From the NCBI GenBank assembly GCA_965116875.1, contig OZ220733.1, positions 672,001 to 736,000 on the forward strand: DNA of 64,000 nt. The letters run 5' to 3'. A program made the translations under genes and the position numbers. The notes under the pieces are model-generated. The model was given only the letters and a program-made list of their open reading frames with translations, made no database searches and was not told the origin of the DNA. Numbering within the stretch: position 1 is the first letter of the stretch; every line of letters begins with the position of its first letter. This document shows, piece after piece, positions 7,951 through 17,073 of the stretch. The DNA is from Candidatus Latescibacterota bacterium. Its GTDB lineage: Bacteria > Latescibacterota > UBA2968 > GCA-2709665.

Positions 7951-10209
7951 CACGTAATTGCCGTGCCAGCAGTCCTGCACCCACTCATACACGTTTCCGT
8001 GCATGTCGTGAAGTCCCCACTCATTGGCGGGAAACGAACCCACAGGCGCGGTGGTTCTCTCACCGTCCCACTGACTGCCGCAACCTGCGCAATTTGCCCG
8101 GTTGCTGCCGATCTCATCCCCCCAACTGTACTTCGTCGTCGTGCCCGCACGAGCCGCATACTCCCACTCGGCCTCGCTCGGCAGACGGTACCGCTCCTCT
8201 CCCGCCAACGTGTTTAGCCTCGCAATGAATGCCTGCGCATCGTTCCAAGTAACTAGCTCCACAGGACAAGCCCCGCATCCTTGGAAGTTTGACGGGTTGC
8301 TCTCCATCACCGCCTCCCACTGCGCCTGCGTCACCTCATACTTTCCCAAATAGAATCCTTGGCTGATAGTTACCGGATGTACTGGTCCTTCACTCGCAAC
8401 GCGACCCGCCTCCGATGGAGGAGAACCCATCCGAAAGGTCCCCGGCTTTATCCATACCATCTCCATCGACACTCCCCCCGGCAATGTGTAGATGGTTGGA
8501 GGGGGCAATACCACCACTTCCACCTGCTTGGCCAACCCATTAGCGCGGTCAAACACACTCAGAGTCGCTGTCTGCCCGCTGTCCCCGACCGCAATCATCC
8601 AAGCCACTGACGCATCAATCGGGTCCGGATTGATCGAGACGACATCGTCGTCGCTCGACTCCCATTTGTACTCTGGCGACCTGAAATCTGGAACCGTCGT
8701 CGCCTGTACGCGCACCGTATCGCCCTCGGTAATCCACAGTTCCTTGATTCCCTCAGGATTGGACGGCGACCGGTTGATGAACACCTCGGGGCGTACCGAA
8801 TGGAATTCCCGGCTGTTAAACTCCCCCCAGAGTACGAAGTTGTGTAGATTCTCTTTCACGCGCAGCTCCAGGCGATGAACCCGGTCGCCGCGTTTGGGGC
8901 TCAAGTATCGCAACCAGTAGAAGCTGTCCGCGAATGAGACGATCCTCTTCTGAATCTCGATAAACCGTTCGGCCAACTGGTCTGCCAGTTCGGTCACGTC
9001 CGTGATCTGGAAGAACCCCGCATTACCCAGTTCCTTCAGGACTTCCGGATCAATCTCGTTCCCCAACCCGATGGTATAGATGTTCTTCTTTCCCCGCGCC
9101 TCGAGCGCCTCGTCCAGGGTATAGGAGCCCTGCGTATCGCTCCCATCGGTCAGGATGACCAGGAACCCCTGCTCGACTTCAGTTGTCGAAAACACGTCCC
9201 GCCACCGTCCGGTTCCTGTGATGACGCTGCCGTACAGGTTGGTGGTGGAAAAGCCCAAGCGGATCTCCCGAATTGCTTTCGTCAGCGCTTCCACGTCGTT
9301 CGTGAAGTCCTGCAGCAGCACCGGGTCCTCTGAGAATTCATACAGGGCGATCTCCTGGTTCTCGGTCATGTTCTCCACCAGGACGATCGCGGCCTCCTTG
9401 ATCTGCTCCAGGTGGTCCTTTACGCTCGTACTGGTGTCGAGCATCAAAACCGTCTTCAGTTTGAAACGATGGGGCAGAGCTTTCCGCTTCTGTACGCGCA
9501 TCGCCGATTCGGAAGGGGAAACCTCCTGATCGTTCTCACGCACTTCGAAGTGTTCGGTGGTAAGCGCAGTGACGCCCCAGTTGTTGAAGTCGAGCACCTG
9601 GAACAGGATATTGACGAAGCTGGGCGCCTCGGTGGTGATCCGGTGCCCTACCAACTTGAATCGGAACTCCACCACCCTCACGGCGATGGTTTCGGAGTCG
9701 GTCCCGCCGCGGCCGTCGTCTACCGTGAAGGTAACGCGGTGGACGTCGCCTACGCCGCCGCTGGGCGTCCATTGGAACGTGGTCCCGGAAAACGACGCGC
9801 CAGGGGGCTGCCCGCTCACCCGGTACCGCAAATCATCCCCGTCCGGGTCCGTAGCCGCGAGTTCGATATTCAGCGGAACGCCAATGGGTACCCCCTGGTC
9901 GCCGATCCGCTCCAAAACGGGCGGATCGTTCGGGACGGAACTCATCCCGAAAAACCCGGCAAACGCCACGAAATCGGCGAAACCCACCTGCCCGTCGCCA
10001 TTCAGATCGTATTTCGCGTCGTACCTGCCATCGCCCGAACTGGTCCCGAAGTTGCCGGCGAACGCCACAAAATCGCTGAAACCGACCGTTCCATCGCCGT
10101 CGAAATCGGCGTCTGCGGCGGACTGGGCGTGGACAAAGGCAAGGCCGGCGAATGCGATTGCCGTCAGAGCGAGAGCGACGCAGACGGATGTTTTCGCGAG
10201 GTTCTTCAT
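7774..10209 (-). CDS. secreted dockerin-like / Ig / vWA / Ig / FGE-sulfatase (SUMF1, CLec-fold) protein
   Basis: Signal peptide; twin DFDGDGTVGFSDF / DLNGDGQVGFADF; cadherin-like ATDPDGD..VDDGRGG; MIDAS DTSTS and LTDG; YEVTQAQW, RLPSEAEWEYAAR, DMHGNVYEW, RGGSW, GFRVAR. Confidence 0.92.
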   Translation of the reverse strand: MKNLAKTSVCVALALTAIAFAGLAFVHAQSAADADFDGDGTVGFSDFVAFAGNFGTSSGDGRYDAKYDLNGDGQVGFADFVAFAGFFGMSSVPNDPPVLERIGDQGVPIGVPLNIELAATDPDGDDLRYRVSGQPPGASFSGTTFQWTPSGGVGDVHRVTFTVDDGRGGTDSETIAVRVVEFRFKLVGHRITTEAPSFVNILFQVLDFNNWGVTALTTEHFEVRENDQEVSPSESAMRVQKRKALPHRFKLKTVLMLDTSTSVKDHLEQIKEAAIVLVENMTENQEIALYEFSEDPVLLQDFTNDVEALTKAIREIRLGFSTTNLYGSVITGTGRWRDVFSTTEVEQGFLVILTDGSDTQGSYTLDEALEARGKKNIYTIGLGNEIDPEVLKELGNAGFFQITDVTELADQLAERFIEIQKRIVSFADSFYWLRYLSPKRGDRVHRLELRVKENLHNFVLWGEFNSREFHSVRPEVFINRSPSNPEGIKELWITEGDTVRVQATTVPDFRSPEYKWESSDDDVVSINPDPIDASVAWMIAVGDSGQTATLSVFDRANGLAKQVEVVVLPPPTIYTLPGGVSMEMVWIKPGTFRMGSPPSEAGRVASEGPVHPVTISQGFYLGKYEVTQAQWEAVMESNPSNFQGCGACPVELVTWNDAQAFIARLNTLAGEERYRLPSEAEWEYAARAGTTTKYSWGDEIGSNRANCAGCGSQWDGERTTAPVGSFPANEWGLHDMHGNVYEWVQDCWHGNYVGAPADGSAWERDDCSRRVIRGGSWSAPPIHLRSAIRSEYATTNRHYAIGFRVARTLTP

Positions 10210-10284
10210 GCAATCCTCCAGGCTTCAGGTGGACGTTATTGACGCGGCGAGTCAAGGACGTGCATCCTGTCGGGGCAGATGAGC

Positions 10285-10460
10285 AGGGCAGGTTTGAAAC
10301 CTGCACCTACGGCTGTCGCATTGAGAAAGATTTCGGTCCTGTAATCGAAGCGAATGGATTCGGGCAGACAGAAATGTCCGCCCCACCTTCTCACTGATGT
10401 CCTCGGCATTATGGTCGCGGTAAACGTGACGTGGAGGGCGCCCACGAGGGACGCCCCTAC
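10285..10460 (-). repeat. cluster of REP-like palindromes
   Basis: GTAGGTGCAGGTTTCAAACCTGCCCT (10285-10310) and GTAGGGGCGTCCCTCGTGGGCGCCCT (10435-10460) on the minus strand; GGCAGACAGRAATGTCCGCCCCACC at about 10363-10387 recurs at 11737-11761. Confidence 0.65.
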
Positions 10461-10536
10461 ATTACGTCGGACTTGCGGGCGCCAGATGTGGCGAATCGCC
10501 GCATTTTGCAACGTTCGGATTCCCATTCGAATAAAA

Positions 10537-10555
10537 CTGTCGCATTTTGCGACAG
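10537..10555. promoter_or_regulatory. palindromic operator-like site
   Basis: CTGTCGCA-ttt-TGCGACAG, same design as the sites at 14296-14357. Confidence 0.55.
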
Positions 10556-10792
10556 CGCAGGCGCAAAACGAATTAAGGCCGCGGGTACCTGCCTACCAGG
10601 CAGGCAGACCGGTCGGCGCCGACTGTCCGGAGCGAGCGGATGGCGCCAATTCCGGCAGGCCCGCGACCACTGGACAAGGGCAGAACCACCCATCAACCGC
10701 CCGGTTTCCGCGAGAGGGCGATCTGGACGGCGACGTTGCCAGCGACCGAAGGAGTCCGGTTCATGGTTCGCGGATGAGTTTCGGCTCGTGGT

Positions 10793-11602
10793 TTATTTCA
10801 ACAACAACATCCGCCTGGACGCCGAGAAATCCCCGACGTTGATCGTATAGAAATAGACGCCGCTGCCAACACGACGTCCCTGTTCATCCGTCCCGTCCCA
10901 CGTCGCGGTGAATGAACCGGCCTGCATTTCCTCGTCGACCAGAACCCGTACCTCCTGGCCCAGCAGGTTATAGATCGTCAGCCGCACCCAACCCGCCTCG
11001 GGAAGCTGATATCCGATGACGGTGGCGGGGTTGAAGGGGTTCGGCACATTCTGATCCAGCGCGAATCGCTCGGGCAGCGCTTGCAGGTCCCCGATTTCTA
11101 CGCGTGCGGGCACGTCCAGCTTTCCGTCAAGGCCAACCAGCACGCTTTCCGAAATCTGAAAATCCGTAGCGGCCGGCGTTCCGCTCGTCGTGAAAACGAG
11201 TTCGACTAGCTCGCCCTGGCCGCTGATGCCCTGGCCGTCCACTTTCATCGCGGCAATTTCCAACTGGCCCGGCGTCCGGTCCGATGCCAGGAACAGGGTC
11301 TCCCGGCCGGAACCAGACTTGAGCAGGTTTCCGTCCGGTTCACTGGCTTTCACGAAATCATACTTCGCCGGATCGAACTGAAGCGATAAGCCATATCCCT
11401 TCAGATTCTTCGTATTTGACAGCGAGACGTGGATCTTCAGCACGCCACTCCCGTCGGCCGGGTCGTTCACGCGTTCGAGGACAAGCTTCGCCGAGGCGTT
11501 CTGACCTCCCGTAATGGTCAAGCCGCGTGTCAATTCACCCGCTGTGGCGGTAGCCGCGAGCGCCAGAGCGGCGCAGGTGGAGACTACAATCCGTTTCAAC
11601 AT
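10793..11602 (-). CDS. secreted cohesin-like domain + FlgD-Ig/T9SS-like C-terminal sorting domain protein
   Basis: GGAGG RBS then ATG 11602, signal peptide; LKGYGLSLQFDP..ISGQGELVELVF cohesin-like pattern; FALDQNVPNPFNPAT..IYNLLGQEV..WDGTD..SGVYFY..RRMLLLK. Confidence 0.85.
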   Translation of the reverse strand: MLKRIVVSTCAALALAATATAGELTRGLTITGGQNASAKLVLERVNDPADGSGVLKIHVSLSNTKNLKGYGLSLQFDPAKYDFVKASEPDGNLLKSGSGRETLFLASDRTPGQLEIAAMKVDGQGISGQGELVELVFTTSGTPAATDFQISESVLVGLDGKLDVPARVEIGDLQALPERFALDQNVPNPFNPATVIGYQLPEAGWVRLTIYNLLGQEVRVLVDEEMQAGSFTATWDGTDEQGRRVGSGVYFYTINVGDFSASRRMLLLK

Positions 11603-11806
11603 ATCATCCTCCATTTGGTAAGGTAGGCGTGGACGTTGTGTCGATTAAAGTCCCTTGCGCTGCGTCTATGAGAGTAGATGAAGGACTGTTGATGTTGCCG
11701 TTTCAGAGTTCTCGCTAGTGATAGTGGGACGAATCAGGCAGACAGGAATGTCCGCCCCACCTTCGCACAGACTTGGCCTTTGGTCTAGTCGCGGCGCCGG
11801 TGACCA

Positions 11807-13588
11807 CTATTGCGGGCAGTTGGGGCCACTTGTCTCTTTGATAGCCTGAAGCCAGGTCTGAAAGGTCGAATCGAGCGGTGCGCATAAGCCCGTGCCGGCG
11901 AAATAAAAGCCGAGCATTTCGGTCAGCCGGGTCAGGCTTTGCGGAAGCGCGCCCGTTAACGACTCGTTGTTATTTACCCGCAGATATTTCAGCTTGGACA
12001 GTTTCCCCAGTTCGATTGGAATCGGACCGCTTAGATCGTTGTTATTCAGGTCAAGGTTTTCAAGGTTGGCGAGATTGCCCAACTCAGGTGGAATCGGGCC
12101 GCTAAGACTGTTGTGATTCAGAGAAAGGCCCGGAAGGCTGGTGAGTTGACCCAGTTCGGCTGGAATTGGTCCAGTCAGCTGATTGAAACCAAGAAAGAAC
12201 CTTTCGGCCTTTTTCAGATTGCCCAGTTCCGCTGGAATCGAACCTGTGAGCTGATTTCCGGCAAGGGCGAACCCCCACAGGTTCGTGAGGTTGCCCAAAC
12301 CGGGTGGAATCGGACCGCTTAGCTGATTTCCGTTAAGCCACAGCGACTCCAGGTTGGACAGGTTGGCCAACTCGTCCGGGATTTCGCCCGTCAACTGGTT
12401 ACGGGTAAGAAGCAGGCCCTCCAGATGTTCCAGTCGGCCTAATTCCTCAGGAATCGAACCGTCAAGGAGATTAAAGGCCAGATGCAGCATTGTCAGGTTC
12501 CGGAGGTCCCCCAGTTGAACCGGTATCGGCCCGCTCAGTTGATTTGCCCAAAGTTCCAGCTGTGTAAGCCTCGAAAGATCAGCCAACTCGACTGGAATGG
12601 AACCGCTCAACGCGTTTCGGTCCAGTTTCAGGCTGTCCAGGTCGGTCAATTCGACCAGTACCAACGGGATTTCGCCCGTCAGGTTGTTCTGAGACAGGAC
12701 AAGACCGGCGACCCGGCCATCCTCAACCGTGACGCCATGCCATCTCTCGATAGGGCTTTCCGTCAGCCAGTTGTGCTGCGTCGTCCAATTGTGCCCTTCG
12801 GTAGCGTTGTATAGCGCGACGAGCGCGTCACGGTTTGGCGTAGCATGGGGAGACGGCGCCACTTCCTGCCCGAACTGACCGGCAAGCACGAGAAAGTCCG
12901 CGAAACCCACCGAGCCGTCGCTGTCCAGGTCGAACCGCGCTTCATACGTCCCATCACCTGCCGTCGTACCGTATTGAGCCGCAAACTGAAGAAAGTCGGA
13001 AAACCCCACCGCACCGTCCGCGTCGAAATCGGCTGACGGCCCCGAGGATGCCGCGTTCAACTCAATTGCGACGTTCACATTAATGGTGTCCTGTTGCCCA
13101 TCCCGGCCGAGCCTCGCTTCCACGATACGGATCGTGGTGCCAGTAAAAGTCGCCTTCGTGCGAAACTGCACGCTCGCAGCGAGACCGGTAGCCGCCGATG
13201 CATTGCCACCCATCGACGCGATTCCAAGAGAGACCGACGGAGGGTCCGTCCCGGTCTCCGTCAGCACCTGCGCATCGGGAAATACGTCCCCCGCAGCGGC
13301 GCCTTCGTACGACACCCGCCCGCTGTCGTATACGAATCGAATCTCGACCCCCTGCGTTCCGCTGACGCCACTCGCGTAAACATGGATCGATACGGTCTCT
13401 TCGGGGGACACGTCGACGGCCGTGACGCCCTGATCGCCGGCGGCGCCATCCACGTCCGCGGACAACGAAAAACTGTCCTGCGCAGATAGAGACAACGGGC
13501 AAAGCAGAAAGGCGCTGGCCAGCAAAACAAGACATTCGGTCCGTACCGGCCCGAAGAATTCCGTCACATAATGGCGTAGCGTAACCAT
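11807..13588 (-). CDS. secreted cohesin-like / dockerin-like / plant-type leucine-rich-repeat protein
   Basis: GAGGA RBS then ATG 13588; DFDADGAVGFSDF / DLDSDGSVGFADF; DALVALYNAT.G.NW cap; about ten LxLxxNxLSGxIPxELGxL repeats. Confidence 0.9.
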   Translation of the reverse strand: MVTLRHYVTEFFGPVRTECLVLLASAFLLCPLSLSAQDSFSLSADVDGAAGDQGVTAVDVSPEETVSIHVYASGVSGTQGVEIRFVYDSGRVSYEGAAAGDVFPDAQVLTETGTDPPSVSLGIASMGGNASAATGLAASVQFRTKATFTGTTIRIVEARLGRDGQQDTINVNVAIELNAASSGPSADFDADGAVGFSDFLQFAAQYGTTAGDGTYEARFDLDSDGSVGFADFLVLAGQFGQEVAPSPHATPNRDALVALYNATEGHNWTTQHNWLTESPIERWHGVTVEDGRVAGLVLSQNNLTGEIPLVLVELTDLDSLKLDRNALSGSIPVELADLSRLTQLELWANQLSGPIPVQLGDLRNLTMLHLAFNLLDGSIPEELGRLEHLEGLLLTRNQLTGEIPDELANLSNLESLWLNGNQLSGPIPPGLGNLTNLWGFALAGNQLTGSIPAELGNLKKAERFFLGFNQLTGPIPAELGQLTSLPGLSLNHNSLSGPIPPELGNLANLENLDLNNNDLSGPIPIELGKLSKLKYLRVNNNESLTGALPQSLTRLTEMLGFYFAGTGLCAPLDSTFQTWLQAIKETSGPNCPQ

Positions 13589-14295
13589 GGTTTCCTCACT
13601 TTCTGTTCGTTGGATGGTGGTGAAGGGCCACTTGTTTTTCGATGTCCGACGGCCTGATTTGCATCCGGACGGCCGGGTAAGAGATATGTTTGAAAGTGAC
13701 GATGACACCGACCGAATCTTGGCGTAGACGAATGTGGCGATATTTCTCGACAGGGTTTCCCGCTTTTTTGATATTCGAGCTTTTGTCAATAGTCAGGCTT
13801 CACGCGGATTGCCTCTGCGTTTTCCCGAAATTTCCGCGGAGGGATTCCGTGGTATCTTCGAAAGGCTTCCTCAGGCCTGGTTTGATTTCTGAAACCGTGC
13901 GTTTCCGCGACGTTGTACAGAGAACATTGTCCGGATTACAACGTCTCCTTCGACGCCGGTTCCGGTTGACATTTCGGCCCCGGTCGGATATATTGAAAAA
14001 TGAAGGCCGCGATCCGTCCTGCAGCGCAATCGCGCCAGGGACATATGGGCTGCGGACCTTTGTCGCGGGCCGTCGGTTGTCGACTTTGCGGGTCAGGGAA
14101 CCGACGGCTTTTTTGTTTTAAAGGTGAGCGTGCACCGGCAGATTTCTTACCCCTGCAACTACAATTGTTCGGGTATAATACTATTACCCATGATAATGAA
14201 CGACCGGCCCGAATTCAACCTATAAATCCGGTTTCAGGGCCGATTTTCGTGTTTTTTTTCAATTACTTACGGGATCGAACAGACCGGCGGGACCT

Positions 14296-14357
14296 TTCGT
14301 GTTGCATTTTGCAACACGTGTTGCAAAATGCAACACGAATTGATGCAAAATGCATCA
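14296..14357. promoter_or_regulatory. nested palindrome: three tandem TGWTGCA-N3-TGCAWCA sites
   Basis: Perfect 44-bp palindrome 14296-14339 whose halves are each inverted repeats, plus TGATGCA-aaa-TGCATCA at 14341-14357. Confidence 0.7.
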
Positions 14358-14769
14358 TTCCGACGTGTGATGCAGGTTTGGTGTCGCAGTTTGAATTCGT
14401 AAGGTGACACTGCGACGCATGATGCGACCATGTGAATTTGTGCAGTTTGCATTTGGAATGGTGTTGGAATCCACCCACCACATCAGCCGTCGCCGACCCT
14501 TCGACAATCTCTCGGCTGGCTCAGGACGACGGCTCAGAGGACGGCTCGGCTTCTGCCTGCTTCAGCATGCAGGCGACTCCACTCGTGGGGGGCGGATTGG
14601 CCCATCAAACGGGCGCGCGTTTTCTCTGCCATCGACCGTATGCGGCTGAACGTCCCGAAGCCGTGCGAGAAATCAGGATCGATGACGTCGTCATCATTGT
14701 TTCCCTGTGTCTCGAGTGGCGCTGAAAGCCGATCGCTGACCGCTTTATTTTTGGATTGTTGTATATTCG

Positions 14770-15738
14770 ATGGCCACCCCAATCACCGTACCCTTCGCGC
14801 AGGCTCTCGAGTCGGGCGACATGTTGTCAATTCAGCGCGCGCCGAAAGCCGACTTCCATCGCCATGCATTCTTTGGGACGTTCATCGAGAACGTGGAGCG
14901 CTGGCTTGGGTTCGCGTTGGAACGCCCCACGCTTCCGTTGCCCGGCCTGAAGGCGATGGAGGACTACGCAATCAGAGTCCTGGGGCCCCATATCAGTTCG
15001 CGGGCGGCTTTTGAATTCACGGCCGGGGCGGCGATCAACGACGCGATTGAAGACGGCGTCCGATGTCTTGAGATGAGCTTCGACGTACGGTCCGCCGGTC
15101 ATTTCGAACGCGGCTTCGCGGAATTCGCGTCTACCATCCAGGAACTGAGGGAACGATATTGCGACCGGATCGATCTCAGGCCGGAACTCGGCATCCCGCG
15201 GGAAATCGTCGCCGACAGGGAGATGGTCCATCGCGTACACGAGGGAATCGACTCGGGCGTTTTCCTTTCAATCGACCTCTATGCCGACGAAAACGCGTGT
15301 TCCGTGGACGCCGTGATTCCCATCTACAGAAGTGCAGGGTCAGCCGGAATGAAATTGAAGGCGCACGTTGGCGAATTCGGCGGGGCCGAACGCGTGCGGG
15401 AGACGGCCGGAGCCCTCGAGCTGGATGAGATACAACACGGCATCGCGGCTGCTGAATCGCCCGGTGTGATGCGATGGTTGTCGGAAAACCGGATTCGCCT
15501 CCACGTCTGCCCGTCCAGCAACGTCATGCTGGGCGCCGTGGACTCACTCCAGTCGCATCCGATTCGAGCACTCTTCGATCACGGCGTGGAGGTTAGCGTG
15601 AATACGGACGATCCGATGATTTTCGGGCAAAGCGTCTCGCAGGAGTACATGAACCTGTATGAAGCGGGTGTCTTCCGTCCCGAGGAACTGGATGCGATTC
15701 GAGTCACATCTCTCGCCACGCGATCCTGTTCCAGATAA
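14770..15738 (+). CDS. adenosine/adenine deaminase family protein
   Basis: PKADFHRH, AHVGE, IQHG, CPSSN, NTDDP motifs. Confidence 0.88.
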   Translation: MATPITVPFAQALESGDMLSIQRAPKADFHRHAFFGTFIENVERWLGFALERPTLPLPGLKAMEDYAIRVLGPHISSRAAFEFTAGAAINDAIEDGVRCLEMSFDVRSAGHFERGFAEFASTIQELRERYCDRIDLRPELGIPREIVADREMVHRVHEGIDSGVFLSIDLYADENACSVDAVIPIYRSAGSAGMKLKAHVGEFGGAERVRETAGALELDEIQHGIAAAESPGVMRWLSENRIRLHVCPSSNVMLGAVDSLQSHPIRALFDHGVEVSVNTDDPMIFGQSVSQEYMNLYEAGVFRPEELDAIRVTSLATRSCSR

Positions 15739-15897
15739 TATCGGATACATTGGAAACAACAAGCCCTTGATTCGGGAATTGATGGGTCACGGGAAGTTCG
15801 AGGGCAGGATGCCCTCGCTCCGGATACTAGTGTATCAGGCCGTGATAGAAGGCAGATTGCCTTCGGTGGCGGCGGGACCAGGAAACGGAGAAAGACG

Positions 15898-16878
15898 ATG
15901 AGGGAAATCGTGATGTTCGGCGGCACGGCGCATCCGGAACTGGCCGAAGACATCTGCAGACACCTCGGCGTGGCCCGCAGCCGAAGCACGTTGAATCAGT
16001 TCAGCAACGGTTGCTTCCAGGTGCAACTCGAGGCCAATTGCAGGGAGGCCGACGTTTTTCTCATACAACCGATGGTGATGCCGGTTCACGATCATCTTAT
16101 GGAACTGTTGCAGATGCTCGACGCTGCCAGGGGCGCATCCGCGGCACGCACGACGGCGGTCATCCCCTATTTCGGTTATGCGCGTTCGGACAAGAAAGAC
16201 GCGCCCCGGATCTCCATTGCCGCCCGGCTTGTCGCGGACATGCTCTACACGGCCGGCGCCAGCCGCGTCCTCACGATGACGCTCCACGCGGCGCAGGTGC
16301 ACGGCTTCTTCAGCGTACCCGTGGACCACCTCAACGCGCTCAACATCCTGGCCGGTCACTTTCTGGGCCGCAATCTGGACAATACGGTGGTCGTCTCGCC
16401 CGACCTTGGACGGGCGAAAGACGCCGCCCAGTTCGCCAGGATGCTGAAACTGCCGGTGGCCGCGGGCAGCAAGCGCCGCATCTCCGACACAAAGGTGGTG
16501 ATCGACGCGATCGTGGGCGACGTGGACGACAGGAGGGTCATCGTCCTGGACGACGAGATCGCCACAGGCGGGACCCTTGTCGAGTTGATCCGCCGCCTCC
16601 GGGACCGGCGGGTCAGCGAAATCACAATCGCATGCACGCACGGCCTGTTTACGAGCAACGCGCTTGCGCGCTTCTGCGCGTTCGATGAAGTGAAGGAAGT
16701 CGTGACAACGGATACCGTGCCCCTGCCCCCGTCAATTCAGTCGCATCCGAAACTGGCGACGTTGTCCGTGGCGCCCCTCCTTGCGGAAGCCATTCGCAGA
16801 ATTCACAATGGCGAGTCGGTCAGCAGCCTGTTCACGGAGCCGGAATGGATCGCGGAAGGCGAATCCGGGAGCCCGTAA
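15898..16878 (+). CDS. prs: ribose-phosphate pyrophosphokinase
   Basis: VIPYFGYARSDKK, LHAAQVHGFF, VVSPDLG, DDEIATGGT, CTHGLF. Confidence 0.95.
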   Translation: MREIVMFGGTAHPELAEDICRHLGVARSRSTLNQFSNGCFQVQLEANCREADVFLIQPMVMPVHDHLMELLQMLDAARGASAARTTAVIPYFGYARSDKKDAPRISIAARLVADMLYTAGASRVLTMTLHAAQVHGFFSVPVDHLNALNILAGHFLGRNLDNTVVVSPDLGRAKDAAQFARMLKLPVAAGSKRRISDTKVVIDAIVGDVDDRRVIVLDDEIATGGTLVELIRRLRDRRVSEITIACTHGLFTSNALARFCAFDEVKEVVTTDTVPLPPSIQSHPKLATLSVAPLLAEAIRRIHNGESVSSLFTEPEWIAEGESGSP

Positions 16879-17073
16879 GAAATCGTTGAAGGCATCCCGT
16901 CTGCGTGACGATCGGACGACAAGTCGTTCAGTGCGCAATGAAGATTGAGTAACGAGTCGTGGTCATTGCGGTGGAATACGAGCCGGGCGACTCGACGACC
17001 GAATTCAGGCAACTGCCTCCAGGACAGAACACTTAGCGTCGTTTGATTCTCTCTACCATTCGAGGTGTACCCC

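Noticed and set aside
7774-8500. True formylglycine-generating enzyme maturing the nearby sulfatases
   Set aside because: It lacks the catalytic Cys pair after RGGS and is part of a secreted modular protein; the sulfatases lack the CxPxR target
14296-14430. CRISPR array or integron attC
   Set aside because: No repeat-spacer periodicity, no cas or integrase genes, no attC core sites
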